Shown: positions 9,158 through 19,488 of the stretch, in pieces
How positions within the stretch are numbered: the stretch's first letter is position 1
Layout: each line of letters starts with the position of its first letter
DNA from: Bacteroidales bacterium
Lineage (GTDB): Bacteria; Bacteroidota; Bacteroidia; Bacteroidales; JAUNSR01
Direction of reading: 5' to 3'
DNA length: 64,000 nt
Assembly (NCBI GenBank): GCA_036655755.1
Contig: JAVVPN010000003.1
Location: forward strand, 3,416 to 67,415
Position numbers and translations under genes: made by a program
Notes under the pieces: generated by a model
The model's database searches: none
Told to the model about the DNA's origin: nothing
What the model saw: the letters and a program-made list of their open reading frames with translations, nothing else

Positions 9158-10927
9158 TTATTTACGTTTGAGTGAGAACAGATATTCTAATCCCCCCTCC
9201 GGCCGATTTTTGGCCGATATTTCTCCTTTATGATAAAGAATGGCGTTTTTAACGATTGCCAATCCGAGCCCGGTACCTCCCAATTTGCGTGAGCGCCCTT
9301 TGTCTGCGCGGTAAAAGCGTTCGAAAATCCGGTTCAGGTGCTTCTCTTCGAGCCCTACACCATTATCGCTGAAGCTGAAGTAACAAGCTTCACTGTCTTG
9401 GCGGTAGCAGCGGATCGATATCGCGCGCCCTTCGCCGGCATAGGCGATCGCATTGTCGAGCAAGTTGCGGAAAATCGAGTAGAGCAGCAACTGGTTTCCT
9501 TCGATCGTTGTATGTTCGGGTATCTGAATCGCTACCTGCATCTGCTTCTCTTGCAAAGAGCGTTGCGAGTCGCATACAAGTTCCTCTACCATCTGGCCCA
9601 CATCAATCGATTCTTTTTCAAATTGATCGTATGCTTCGTCCATCCGGTTTAATACAGAGATGTCTTTCAGTAAGTCGGTCAGGCGGTTGGCCTGGGCAAA
9701 GCAACGTTCGATAAACTGTTTCTGCATGTTCGGATCGATTGCCGGATTGTCGATGATCGTTTCAAGATATCCTTTGATACTGCTTACCGGAGTTTTCAGC
9801 TCGTGCGCTACGTTTTGCGTCAGTTGTCGCTTCAGGCGCGTTTCCTCTTCCTGTTGCGTAATGTTGTTGATGCTGATTTCAAAACTGCGGTCCTGGAAAA
9901 TGATGCATTCGATGTTGAATGTTTTTCCGTTTTTATGAATCAGAATATGCTCGCTGTGATATTCGGATGTACAGGTTGTGGGCGTATTCCGGTGCAGATT
10001 CAGAAAATAGCGCAGGCGTGCCAGCTCTTCGATTTCAAAAATCCCTTCGGGCGACGACAACTCTTTGTCTGAAATCAGGTTGATATACTGAATGAACAGG
10101 GTGTTGGTAAACTCGGCGCGCATATCGCACGAGAATACGGCCAACCCCTCTTTCGAGATTTGCAGGTGCTTGAGTAGTTTCTCTTTTTCAACCACCAAGT
10201 CTTGTTTGGCCTGACTCAGCTTGGTATACAGGCGGATGATATGGCCGGTGATATCGCCAATATCGTTTGCCGGTAATTTGATGTTGAGATCTTTTAATTC
10301 ATCTTTTTCGGCCTTATACGAGAACTTTCGCAAAGAGGAGATCGCTTTCCCCAACCGGAAGCTGAAGAAAAATATCATCAATATAAAAGCGCAAGCCATG
10401 GTGATGAAAAACAGAATGATGCCCGGATCAACCTTCAGATACGAAAGCGTGGTGAGGTTGAAGGGCAATGCGCTGCGTACGATATAATGCATCGAGGAAC
10501 GGGCCGAATAAAAGAACGGTTCGTCGAGCGTATCCGATTTGCGCAGGGCATAGCTCTTGCCGTGTTTGACTGCTCCCGATACTTCGGGGCGTGCCAAATG
10601 GTTGTCGAATGATTTGCTTTCGCTTTTCTTATTGTCGGAAAGCACGTTGCCTTGCCGGTCCATAACGGTCACACGAAGGTCGTAGTCGGTAATCATGCGG
10701 GTCAGCTCATCGAGCGTATCGAATGCGGCAGAGTCTTTCTCTAGTGCTTGCAAAATGGCATAGTTGTATCCTTGCAGCACATCGTTGAGAAGCTCTTTGC
10801 GAAAGTGCTTTTCGCGGTTGTACTGGTAAAGAAACGCAGCCATCAAAAACAGGGTGAAAATGCCGGTCCCGAAGAAAAACAAACTTTTATGAAACGGGAA
10901 TCGGGGCCACTTTAGCAACTTCTTCAT
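9158..10927 (-). CDS. two-component sensor histidine kinase
   Basis: The 589-aa ORF has two TM segments flanking a periplasmic region, the H-box HELKTPVSSIKGYLE, and N/G boxes (LLDNAIAY, DNGVGL, GGTGLGLAIV). Confidence 0.9.
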   Translation of the reverse strand: MKKLLKWPRFPFHKSLFFFGTGIFTLFLMAAFLYQYNREKHFRKELLNDVLQGYNYAILQALEKDSAAFDTLDELTRMITDYDLRVTVMDRQGNVLSDNKKSESKSFDNHLARPEVSGAVKHGKSYALRKSDTLDEPFFYSARSSMHYIVRSALPFNLTTLSYLKVDPGIILFFITMACAFILMIFFFSFRLGKAISSLRKFSYKAEKDELKDLNIKLPANDIGDITGHIIRLYTKLSQAKQDLVVEKEKLLKHLQISKEGLAVFSCDMRAEFTNTLFIQYINLISDKELSSPEGIFEIEELARLRYFLNLHRNTPTTCTSEYHSEHILIHKNGKTFNIECIIFQDRSFEISINNITQQEEETRLKRQLTQNVAHELKTPVSSIKGYLETIIDNPAIDPNMQKQFIERCFAQANRLTDLLKDISVLNRMDEAYDQFEKESIDVGQMVEELVCDSQRSLQEKQMQVAIQIPEHTTIEGNQLLLYSIFRNLLDNAIAYAGEGRAISIRCYRQDSEACYFSFSDNGVGLEEKHLNRIFERFYRADKGRSRKLGGTGLGLAIVKNAILYHKGEISAKNRPEGGLEYLFSLKRK

Positions 10928-11631
10928 GGGCGATCGGTGGTTTCAAAACAATAACCGTATCCCAGGCGTGTGATGATGTTTTTACCGTAAGGACTGATTT
11001 TTTTGCGCAGACGGGTGATGTTTACGTCGATGGTGCGATCGAGCACATATACCTCGTCGGTCCAGATGCGCGACAGCATCTCTTCGCGCGAAAAAACCTG
11101 GCCCAGATTGCTTAAGAGCAATTTGAGAATTTCGAATTCTTTTTTCGTAAGCTGAATCTCCTCGCCGTTGATCACGGTTTTCTTTTTTACGGTATCCATC
11201 GAGAGGGTTTTGTAACCGATGATATGTTTGGCAGACGTTTGCTGGCTTGCCGTACGGCGTAGCAACGCTTTGATGCGGACAATCACTTCGCGGATAGAGT
11301 AGGGTTTTGAGATGTAATCGTCGGCACCTACGTTAAATCCGTGCAGCATGTCGTTTTCGGTATCCTTCGCGGTAAGAAAAACGATCGGAATTTTTTCGTA
11401 ATGCGGGTTCGAACGCACTTTGCGTGCCATGTCATAGCCCGACATTTCACCCATCATCACGTCGAGCATCAACAGGTCGTATTGTGCCAGATCGAGGGTA
11501 AGGGCCTCCTCGGCCGAATAGGCGGTATCGACGTGATAACCTTCGAGCTCGATGTTGAATTTAAGGATTTCGCACAAATCCTCTTCGTCGTCAACAACCA
11601 ATATTCTATGAGTAGTATTCATATGGAGCAT
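10924..11631 (-). CDS. OmpR/PhoB-family response regulator
   Basis: The 235-aa ORF has a receiver domain (ILVVDDEED...MLDVMMGEMSG) and a winged-helix C-terminus (LTKKEFEILKLL...RTIDVNITRLRKK). An ATGA overlap joins it to the kinase gene. An alternative ATG lies at 11622. Confidence 0.9.
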   Translation of the reverse strand: MLHMNTTHRILVVDDEEDLCEILKFNIELEGYHVDTAYSAEEALTLDLAQYDLLMLDVMMGEMSGYDMARKVRSNPHYEKIPIVFLTAKDTENDMLHGFNVGADDYISKPYSIREVIVRIKALLRRTASQQTSAKHIIGYKTLSMDTVKKKTVINGEEIQLTKKEFEILKLLLSNLGQVFSREEMLSRIWTDEVYVLDRTIDVNITRLRKKISPYGKNIITRLGYGYCFETTDRP

Positions 11632-11694
11632 ACATTTTAAATTTCGACAACAAAATAACCGAGAGGATGTTTCGGTTTTATGAAATACAGGTTA

Positions 11695-11702
11695 CAAATA
11701 TA
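11695..11702 (-). promoter_or_regulatory. candidate -7 box for the response regulator/kinase operon
   Basis: The minus strand reads TATATTTG, about 65 nt upstream of the ATG at 11631. Confidence 0.35.
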
Positions 11703-11745
11703 TTACAATAGGGTATGACAACCCTGTTGATGCGCGATTTTTTAT

Positions 11746-11753
11746 TATCTTTG
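11746..11753 (+). promoter_or_regulatory. candidate -7 box for lepA
   Basis: TATCTTTG lies 35 nt upstream of the lepA ATG. Confidence 0.5.
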
Positions 11754-11787
11754 CCTCATTAAAGCAATAATAGACTATAGGTTAAGA

Positions 11788-13575
11788 ATGAAGAATATTC
11801 GCAATTTTTGTATCATCGCCCACATTGACCACGGTAAAAGTACACTTGCTGACCGATTGCTGGAATTTACCAATACGGTAGCTGGTAGAGAAATGCAGGC
11901 TCAGGTGCTCGATAATATGGATTTGGAGCGTGAGCGTGGTATCACGATTAAAAGTCATGCCATCCAGATGGAGTATGTGCTCGACGGTGAAAAATATATC
12001 CTGAATCTGATTGACACTCCGGGACACGTAGACTTTTCGTATGAAGTATCACGTTCGATCGCCGCTTGTGAAGGCGCGTTGCTGATTGTTGACGGTACGC
12101 AGGGTATTCAGGCCCAGACGATCTCGAACCTGTATATGGCGGTAGATCATAATCTGGAGATTATCCCTGTTGTAAATAAATGTGACCTCGATAGCGCTAT
12201 GCCGGAAGAGGTGGAAGATCAGATCATCGAATTGCTCGGATGCGACCATTCGGAAATTATTCGTGCGAGCGGTAAAACCGGATTGGGAGTGGAAGAGATT
12301 CTTCGTGCTATCGTAGCGCGCGTACCGGCTCCGAAGGGTGATCCGGAAGCTCCGTTGCAGGCGCTGATTTTCGACTCGGTATTTAACTCGTATCGTGGTA
12401 TTATCGCTTACTTTAAAATTGTAAACGGTGTGTTGCGCAGTGGCGACAAGGTGAAATTCGTAGCTACCGGCAAGGAATATGAGGCGGATGAAATCGGAGT
12501 GCTGAAACTGGATATGGACCCGCGTAAGGAATTGCGTACGGGGGATGTGGGTTACATCATTTCGGGTATCAAGACGTCGAAAGAGGTGAAAGTGGGTGAT
12601 ACCATTACGCATCAGGCACGTCCTTGTGAGAGCGGTATCGACGGATTTGAGGAGGTGAAACCGATGGTGTTCGCCGGAATCTATCCGATCGAGAGTGAGG
12701 ATTTCGAAAACTTGCGCGCTTCTCTTGAAAAATTGCAGCTGAATGATGCGTCGCTGACTTTCCAGCCGGAATCGTCGTTGGCGTTGGGCTTTGGCTTCCG
12801 ATGCGGATTCCTGGGCTTGCTTCATATGGAGATTATCCAGGAGCGTTTGGATCGTGAGTTCGATATGGACGTAATCACTACCGTACCCAATGTATCGTAT
12901 AAAGTATATGATAAGAAAGGGGAGATGACAGAGGTGCATAACCCGTCGGGACTTCCTGATCCGACTTTGATTGAGAAGATTGAAGAACCGTATATCCGTG
13001 CTTCGGTAATCACAACGACCAATTACATCGGGCCGATTATGAGCTTGTGTTTGGGTAAACGTGGTGAGTTGATCAAGCAGGAATATATTTCGGGCGATCG
13101 TGTAGAGATTTTCTATGACATCCCATTGGGTGAAATCGTGATCGACTTTTACGATAAGCTGAAAAGTATTTCGAAAGGATATGCATCGTTCGATTATTAT
13201 ATCAGTGACTTCCGTCCGTCGAAACTGGCGAAACTGGATATCCTGTTGAACGGGGAGCCGGTGGATGCGTTGTCTACATTGACACATGTGGATAATGCGG
13301 TTACTTTGGGTCGCCGTATGTGTGAGAAACTGAAAGATTTGATTCCGCGCCAGCAGTTTGATATCGCTATTCAGGCTGCGATCGGAGCAAAAATCATCGC
13401 CCGCGAAACAATTAAGGCCGTTCGTAAAGACGTAACCGCAAAATGTTATGGTGGTGATATCAGCCGTAAGCGTAAACTCCTTGAAAAACAGAAGAAAGGA
13501 AAGAAACGAATGAAGCAGATTGGTACGGTTGAGGTACCTCAGAAAGCTTTCTTAGCAGTATTGAAGCTTGATTAA
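11788..13575 (+). CDS. lepA: translation elongation factor 4 (LepA)
   Basis: The 595-aa ORF has [14 protein letters not shown] and NKCD GTPase motifs and the LepA C-terminal region. Confidence 0.97.
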   Translation: MKNIRNFCIIAHIDHGKSTLADRLLEFTNTVAGREMQAQVLDNMDLERERGITIKSHAIQMEYVLDGEKYILNLIDTPGHVDFSYEVSRSIAACEGALLIVDGTQGIQAQTISNLYMAVDHNLEIIPVVNKCDLDSAMPEEVEDQIIELLGCDHSEIIRASGKTGLGVEEILRAIVARVPAPKGDPEAPLQALIFDSVFNSYRGIIAYFKIVNGVLRSGDKVKFVATGKEYEADEIGVLKLDMDPRKELRTGDVGYIISGIKTSKEVKVGDTITHQARPCESGIDGFEEVKPMVFAGIYPIESEDFENLRASLEKLQLNDASLTFQPESSLALGFGFRCGFLGLLHMEIIQERLDREFDMDVITTVPNVSYKVYDKKGEMTEVHNPSGLPDPTLIEKIEEPYIRASVITTTNYIGPIMSLCLGKRGELIKQEYISGDRVEIFYDIPLGEIVIDFYDKLKSISKGYASFDYYISDFRPSKLAKLDILLNGEPVDALSTLTHVDNAVTLGRRMCEKLKDLIPRQQFDIAIQAAIGAKIIARETIKAVRKDVTAKCYGGDISRKRKLLEKQKKGKKRMKQIGTVEVPQKAFLAVLKLD

Positions 13576-13598
13576 CCAAATAAGGATAATTAATAAAA

Positions 13599-13636
13599 AA
13601 TAAGAGAAAAGTTAGTTCTTTTCTCTTATTTTTTTG
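13599..13636 (+). terminator. intrinsic terminator after lepA
   Basis: A 13-bp perfect stem (AATAAGAGAAAAG / CTTTTCTCTTATT) with a 6-nt loop is followed by a T-run. Confidence 0.8.
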
Positions 13637-13722
13637 CACTTTCGCGCAACCGATTTCCGAGACACTTGTGCCACCTAAGTCGTATTATTACATTTAGTTC
13701 ACATTTTAGATTTATTTTAGAG

Positions 13723-15096
13723 ATGAGCGACTTGCTTTACAGTTTCCGGAGTACGCTTCGGAATTACATCAACTCGAGCTTTATTCTGGTGTTCGTGACC
13801 CTTCTCGCATTGTTTTGTGCGAATTCACAATTTTCTGATGCCTATTTTCAATTATGGCAAAAACCGGTTAGTTTTCAATTCGGAGATTTTAATCTTTTTA
13901 GTCATCACGGCGAATCGATGATGTTAATGGACGTTATCAATGATTTTCTGATGGCTATTTTCTTTTTTTCGGTAGGATTGGAAATTAAAAGGGAAATTTT
14001 GGTTGGCGAATTGTCTTCGATGAAAAAAGCACTGCTTCCTATTATCGGAGCGATTGGCGGAATGATTGTTCCGGTTCTTTTATTCTTTGTTTTTACAAAT
14101 GAGGGCTTAGGGGTTCGTGGTAGTGCTATCCCGATGGCTACGGATATCGCTTTTTCGTTAGGGGTGTTATCCATGTTGGGCAAACGTGTGCCTGTGGGAT
14201 TGAAAATATTCCTTGCGGCTTTGGCTGTAGCAGACGATTTGGGTGGTATATTGGTGATTGCCTTGTTTTATAGCGGTCATATCGATGTTACATATTTAAT
14301 GTATGCAACGGTATTGGTTGGTATTCTGGTGTACGGGGCTCGCAAGGGTGTGCGTACGAAATTGTTTTACTGCCTGCTTGGGACAGGGGTTTGGTATCTG
14401 TTTTTAAACTCAGGTATCCATGCAACGATTGCAGGTGTGATTGTGGCGTTCTGCGTACCGGCACGTCCGGCTACGACATCGGCGCGCTATATTGAGCGAA
14501 TCCGTGAGAACATCAGCAAGTTTCCTAAAACGACGGAGGCGAAAGGTGAAGTTCATATTTTGACGAATGAGCAGATCTCTTTGCTGAAGAGTGTTGAGTC
14601 GGCTTCTGATAAAGTGATTAGTCCGCTTCAGGACTTGGAAGATACGTTGGCTCCATTGATTAATTTCTATATCATTCCGATTTTTGCGTTCGCTAATGCC
14701 GGAATCAACTTTACGGGACTAAGTTTTGGAGATCTTTTCCACGGTGTAGGACTGTCTGTGTTTGTCGGCTTGGTGATTGGTAAGTTTTTGGGTATTTTCT
14801 CCTTCTCATGGATTGCCATTAAATTAGGTTGGGTGAATATGCCGACCGGTGCAAACTGGAAGATGTTTTCCGGAATTGCGATGCTGGGAGGTATCGGATT
14901 TACCGTATCCATGTTTATAGCCAATCTTTCATATTCGGGAGCAGGTGCCGAAGGGCTTGTCTTGCTGAATGATGCGAAACTGGGTATTCTTGCCGGTTCG
15001 GTATGTGCCGGAGCTTTCGGTTATTCATTGCTGAATCAGTATTTACCTAAAGAGGATGAGGTTGCCGATTTGGTCGGTGAAACCGTAATGAATTGA
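13723..15096 (+). CDS. nhaA: Na+/H+ antiporter NhaA
   Basis: The polytopic ORF has NhaA-like motifs (FFFSVGLEIKRE, DDLGGILVIALFY). I prefer the ATG at 13723 (MSDLLYSF) to the non-ATG start at 13666 in the ORF track. Confidence 0.88.
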   Translation: MSDLLYSFRSTLRNYINSSFILVFVTLLALFCANSQFSDAYFQLWQKPVSFQFGDFNLFSHHGESMMLMDVINDFLMAIFFFSVGLEIKREILVGELSSMKKALLPIIGAIGGMIVPVLLFFVFTNEGLGVRGSAIPMATDIAFSLGVLSMLGKRVPVGLKIFLAALAVADDLGGILVIALFYSGHIDVTYLMYATVLVGILVYGARKGVRTKLFYCLLGTGVWYLFLNSGIHATIAGVIVAFCVPARPATTSARYIERIRENISKFPKTTEAKGEVHILTNEQISLLKSVESASDKVISPLQDLEDTLAPLINFYIIPIFAFANAGINFTGLSFGDLFHGVGLSVFVGLVIGKFLGIFSFSWIAIKLGWVNMPTGANWKMFSGIAMLGGIGFTVSMFIANLSYSGAGAEGLVLLNDAKLGILAGSVCAGAFGYSLLNQYLPKEDEVADLVGETVMN

Positions 15097-15125
15097 TTAT
15101 CTGTTTAAATTCGAAATATAAAAAA

Positions 15126-15156
15126 AGGCCATTCTGAAAAGAATAGCCTTTTTTTG
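15126..15156 (+). terminator. intrinsic terminator after nhaA
   Basis: The stem GGCCATTC/GAATAGCC has one mismatch. It is flanked by an A-run and followed by T7. Confidence 0.65.
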
Positions 15157-15337
15157 TGTCTTATAGATTGTTGGTTTAATTTATTGTCTAAAATCAAAAT
15201 GTCACAAAATATGTGTTTTGTATTAGTAAATAAAAGTGAGGTGATAAAAAATAGATATTTGAAACAAAATATTCTGGCAAATTGTTATATTGTAGTGGTT
15301 TAGAGAATAAAAACGCTGTTGTTCTAATCACAAATCT

Positions 15338-15754
15338 ATGACAGAAGCTATGAGACGCAATCCAACATTTTCACCTGAAGACTGTGCGCTGCTTTTTGGG
15401 CAGGCAATGCCAAATGGCGATATTGAAACAATTCTGGAGCTTTATGAACCGGGGGCGGTGTGGTATTCACTGGTAAGTGGAAATCCTTTGCTTCGCGAGG
15501 AAAAGGAGTTTAAGAAAGAATATATGTGGCTTACGGCAAGAAATGCAACCGTTCGTTTCGATCAGATCAAAACGGTATTTAATAAAGATAATCAGGTTGC
15601 CTTCGTAGAGATTCGCGCGGTTTTTGAAGGTCGCGACCCGGATGGGAAAGAGGTGATCATACCTTATACATCCCATCAAATCACCCGAAAACAACCTGAT
15701 AATACGTGGCGTATCATTTATGAAAAGCCACAAAGAGAGCGTTTACGCCAATAA
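15338..15754 (+). CDS. small NTF2-like (SnoaL/DUF4440-like) protein, function unknown
   Basis: The 138-aa ORF has the length and pattern (ILELYEPGAVW...TWRIIYE) of NTF2-fold proteins. The assignment is tentative. Confidence 0.45.
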   Translation: MTEAMRRNPTFSPEDCALLFGQAMPNGDIETILELYEPGAVWYSLVSGNPLLREEKEFKKEYMWLTARNATVRFDQIKTVFNKDNQVAFVEIRAVFEGRDPDGKEVIIPYTSHQITRKQPDNTWRIIYEKPQRERLRQ

Positions 15755-16291
15755 CATTCCTTTGGCAACATTCGCAGCCGTATTTTTGTCGGTTAAAATC
15801 TCAATGATTTTTAAGGCAAACGGAAACACGGTGCCGGGCCCGGCGCTGGTAATCACGCGATCACTTACCACGACGGGCTTGTTGCTATGAATTGCTTCTA
15901 TTAACTCATTTTCGAATCCGGGATAGCAGGTTGCTTCTTTTCCTTTTAATAATCCCAATTGACCATATACGAGCGGTGCGGCACAAATTGCTGCAAGGTA
16001 CTTATTGGCCTTTGCATAATCTTCAATCAAAGATGCAAGAGGTGCGAATTGCTGTAAATTTCGTGTTCCAGGCATTCCACCGGGTAAAATCAGCATGCTT
16101 CCATCTTTAAAATCGGTATCTTCAAAAAGCAAATCGGCTTCGATATTGATCTGGTGGGCACCTTTTACATTACGATGGCTTGTGATGGAAACTGAGTTTA
16201 CATCAATACCTGCACGGCGGAGCATGTCAATGGTAGCGATCGCTTCGATTTCTTCAAAACCTTCCGCGAGAAATAAATACACTTTCTTCAT
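15743..16291 (-). CDS. DJ-1/PfpI family protein (YajL/ThiJ-like)
   Basis: MKKVYLFLAEGFEEIEA...ILPGG...AAICAAP carries the nucleophile-elbow Cys. I prefer the ATG at 16291 to the track start at 16348. The 3' end overlaps the convergent upstream gene by 12 bp. Confidence 0.85.
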   Translation of the reverse strand: MKKVYLFLAEGFEEIEAIATIDMLRRAGIDVNSVSITSHRNVKGAHQINIEADLLFEDTDFKDGSMLILPGGMPGTRNLQQFAPLASLIEDYAKANKYLAAICAAPLVYGQLGLLKGKEATCYPGFENELIEAIHSNKPVVVSDRVITSAGPGTVFPFALKIIEILTDKNTAANVAKGMLLA

Positions 16292-16399
16292 TTGTATATA
16301 ATTTACTGTTGAACATCCAAGTATATAAAAAAGAAACGGGCTGCTCAAAGTTTAAAACCCGAAACAGCCACGTGGAGTAATGTATGTAAATCAAATTGA

Positions 16400-17659
16400 T
16401 CAGACCGGATTGATATTGTTTGTACAACATTCATTCCCACCTTTCCCCTCCTGCGTGTTGCAGAATTCGGACGGCATTGGCTTTAATTCATCTTCCACTT
16501 CTCCCGAAAGATAATTAAAAAATGGGAACATGCTATCTTTTTTGTGGTCTGCGCCAAAATCATCTTTATTTTCCTGCAAAATAGCTTTTTCGAAGGCCGC
16601 TTGTTCATCTTCGAGGTATTTTGAGTAAGAAAGAGATTGAACACTCTGGCCAAATAAATCAAGAATCGAGTGATTGATGATATTCTTTGGTTTAACAAGC
16701 AGATTATGTTCGATTAACCGTCGTTCGGCATCGAATTCTGATTTTTCAATGCTCCACGGTTTATCCCAATGATATAAGAATTTGAGTCTCCAATAACCGT
16801 CCCAAGGGATGTTTACCAATAAGTACGCTTTCATCTTGCTGATAATAGCAAGGTTGTGTGCTGTTTCTTCGGCGGTAAGGACGTTTGTTGAGCCCAGCAT
16901 ATCCATCAGGAATACGCTTCCCCACAATACGGATGCGGCATATTCATAGGTGTCGAGAAATTCAAGGTCGAGCAATGTGGTTATGTATTCACGGAAAGAC
17001 TCCTCTTCAAGCAATAGTTTGTCGGGAATCTCTTCCGGGTAATTTCGCTCGAAGTAGTCTGTCATCGCATCAATAATGTTTTCGGCGGTTATTGACGGAA
17101 TATACCAGAATGGCGCGCGGTTGATAAATTCATTTCGGATCGCCTGTAGCTTCGGATCATCACTGAATGGTTCGACAGCCACAAGATAACTTTCGAGTAA
17201 TTCCTGATCCTCTTCGTCAAGTCCTGTATCGGTAGTCAGTACGTCTGTTACGATCTGATTCATCATTTCGGTATGACCATAAGCATCCAGTACATCGAGC
17301 ATATGGACGAATAACAGAAAATCTTCTTCGGGAGCAATTGCCAATTCACGCATATAATAATCTACTTTGTCGGCTTCCCCTTTGAACAGATAATAATAAA
17401 TCAGCTCAGGTAACAATAAAAATAATGATTCCTGATATAATTCGGGTTGATGACATTGTAATACGCGGACAAGTTCTTCAGCCTTTTTAAACTCCTTCTC
17501 TTCATAGAGGGTATCGGCTAATAGTTCGATGGTCATCATGATGTCGTAATTCTCATACAACTCTTCCGGAAGGTCTGTTGTAAATACTCCCAGTGCCACA
17601 TCATATAGGTCTATTGGGTTCTGTTCCTGACAGGCCCTGACGAATTTTAAAGCATCCAT
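16400..17659 (-). CDS. hypothetical acidic cytoplasmic protein (419 aa), no family recognised
   Basis: A long uninterrupted ORF. It is very D/E-rich, has no signal peptide or TM segment, and has a Cys-containing tail (GGNECCTNNINPV). Confidence 0.6.
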   Translation of the reverse strand: MDALKFVRACQEQNPIDLYDVALGVFTTDLPEELYENYDIMMTIELLADTLYEEKEFKKAEELVRVLQCHQPELYQESLFLLLPELIYYYLFKGEADKVDYYMRELAIAPEEDFLLFVHMLDVLDAYGHTEMMNQIVTDVLTTDTGLDEEDQELLESYLVAVEPFSDDPKLQAIRNEFINRAPFWYIPSITAENIIDAMTDYFERNYPEEIPDKLLLEEESFREYITTLLDLEFLDTYEYAASVLWGSVFLMDMLGSTNVLTAEETAHNLAIISKMKAYLLVNIPWDGYWRLKFLYHWDKPWSIEKSEFDAERRLIEHNLLVKPKNIINHSILDLFGQSVQSLSYSKYLEDEQAAFEKAILQENKDDFGADHKKDSMFPFFNYLSGEVEDELKPMPSEFCNTQEGKGGNECCTNNINPV

Positions 17660-17979
17660 AAAACAGAAGGATTTTTGGTTATTTTCTGTATAACAATAGA
17701 ACTCGACATATGGTTTTTGACTTAAATGAATTTTGCAAATAAAAATTTTTAAATAGATAAATGAATTTCTATATATTATAATATTAAATTGGATAAAAAT
17801 ATTGAATAAAAAAATTAGATTTTTATATTCGTTAATTTGTTGAAATTAATATATTTGTCTAATACTTATAAAAACATTCATCACCGAAAGTAATATAACC
17901 TTATTATTCTTCCTGTGATCCATTTGCTTGAAAAACTACCTTTAAAGATTGCATACTGTAATACTTATATTTTTTTACC

Positions 17980-19452
17980 ATGGCTAAAAACATTTCAAGA
18001 AGAGATTTTTTAAGGACCGGCTCATTAGCAGCAGCCGGTTTAACAATTGTTCCTAACGTTGTATTGGGTAAGAGTTTCGGGCATACAGCTCCAAGCGACC
18101 GGTTGAATATTGCCGGTATCGGAGTGGGTGGTCGCGGAGCCGGCGTTTTAAAAGAGTTTCCTGCGAATAATATCGTTGCATTATGTGATGTAGACTGGGG
18201 ATACGCGGCAAATACGTTTAAAGAGTATCCGAATGCAAAACGTTTTCGTGATTTCCGGAAAATGTATGATGAAATAGGCGATTCTATCGATGCTGTAATG
18301 GTAGCGACATCCGACCATACGCACGCTGTGATTGCAGCTCGTGCCATTGAGATGGGCAAACATGTGTATTGTGAAAAACCTTTGACTCATACCGTATACG
18401 AAACACGGTTGCTTACAAAATTAGCTGATAAACATAAGGTGGCTACTCAAATGGGTAATCAGGGTGCATCTGAAGATGGTGTGCGCGGTACTTGCGAGGC
18501 GATTTGGTCGGGTATGATCGGAGAGGTGACCAAAGTAGAAGCGTTTACAGATCGTCCGATCTGGCCACAAGGTTTGCCTCGTCCTGTAAAAGTAGAACGT
18601 ACGCCGAAAGATTTGGATTGGGATTTGTTCCTGGGCCCAGCTCCGAGCCGTCCGTTTAATTCAATCTATACTCCATGGAACTGGCGTGGATGGTGGGATT
18701 TTGGGACAGGTGCGTTAGGTGATATGGCATGTCATATCCTCCAACCGGTAGCAAAAGCCCTTAATCTTAAATATCCTTCTCAGGTAGAAGGTAGCTCTAC
18801 CGTATTGCTCACCGATTGCGCACCCAATGCAGAGCGGGTAAGATATGTGTTCCCTGCGCGCGATAATATGGCAAAAGTGGCGATGCCGGAAGTGGAAGTG
18901 ATTTGGTATGACGGCGGTCTGAAACCGGATTATCCGAAAGGCTGGCCTGCCGGTAAAACAATGAATAACTCGGGTGGTGGCGTAATATTCTATGGAACCA
19001 AAGATATTCTTGTATGTGGCTGTTATGGCAGAGATCCATGGCTCATGTCTGGAAGAGAGATTCCGGCGCCTACTTCGACCCGTGCGATTACCGAGGGCCA
19101 TTATATCGACTTCCTGAATGCATGTAAAGAGTCGCCATCTAATCGCCGTGTGACCGCTTCGAATTTTGCTGAAGCAGGTATTCTGAACGAGATGGTTGTA
19201 ATGGGGGTATTGGGTGTGCGTTTGCAGGATCTACATCGTACGCTCGACTGGGATGGTGAGAATATGCAGTTTACCAATATCAATGATGAGGATGTGATCC
19301 GCATCATGCGGGAAGACGGATTCAGCATTAAAGATGGTCATCCAACCTTCAATAAGACTTATACCGAGCCAATCAATGCTAAAGAATTTGCGGCCGAATT
19401 AATCAAGCATTCTTACCGTGAAGGATACGAATTGCCGGAAATGCCGGTTTAA
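17980..19452 (+). CDS. Gfo/Idh/MocA family oxidoreductase with twin-arginine signal
   Basis: The N-terminus SRRDFLRTGSLAAAGL is a TAT motif. It is followed by the Rossmann motif IAGIGVGGRG and EKP (YCEKPLTH), typical of the family. Confidence 0.85.
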   Translation: MAKNISRRDFLRTGSLAAAGLTIVPNVVLGKSFGHTAPSDRLNIAGIGVGGRGAGVLKEFPANNIVALCDVDWGYAANTFKEYPNAKRFRDFRKMYDEIGDSIDAVMVATSDHTHAVIAARAIEMGKHVYCEKPLTHTVYETRLLTKLADKHKVATQMGNQGASEDGVRGTCEAIWSGMIGEVTKVEAFTDRPIWPQGLPRPVKVERTPKDLDWDLFLGPAPSRPFNSIYTPWNWRGWWDFGTGALGDMACHILQPVAKALNLKYPSQVEGSSTVLLTDCAPNAERVRYVFPARDNMAKVAMPEVEVIWYDGGLKPDYPKGWPAGKTMNNSGGGVIFYGTKDILVCGCYGRDPWLMSGREIPAPTSTRAITEGHYIDFLNACKESPSNRRVTASNFAEAGILNEMVVMGVLGVRLQDLHRTLDWDGENMQFTNINDEDVIRIMREDGFSIKDGHPTFNKTYTEPINAKEFAAELIKHSYREGYELPEMPV

Positions 19453-19488
19453 CAGCATCAGAAAATAACCTTATAATACGATATTAAA

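Noticed and set aside
8700-9160. Possibility that the gap encodes RNase P RNA, tmRNA, SRP RNA or 6S RNA, since the size of ~350 nt would fit.
   Set aside because: I found no GGAAAGTCC or ACAGAAnnnGGCTTA-type P4 motifs on either strand. There is no GGGG...tag-peptide...CCACCA tmRNA architecture and no GGAAGCAGCC SRP motif. A 27-bp perfect helix is atypical for 6S RNA. A covariance-model scan is still advisable.
12049-13287. A 412-aa ORF antisense to lepA. Similar long antisense ORFs lie at 49160-50005 (281 aa), 20923-21672 (249 aa), 31562-32113 (183 aa) and 39986-40432 (148 aa).
   Set aside because: All lie entirely inside well-supported genes on the opposite strand. Their translations are low-complexity, Arg/Ile/Phe-rich and without motifs. 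They are explained by the sense strand avoiding TTA/CTA/TCA codons (shadow ORFs).
17904-18359. A 151-aa minus-strand ORF overlapping the start of the first Gfo/Idh/MocA gene.
   Set aside because: It is antisense to a strongly supported gene with a TAT signal and Rossmann motif, and it has no features of its own.
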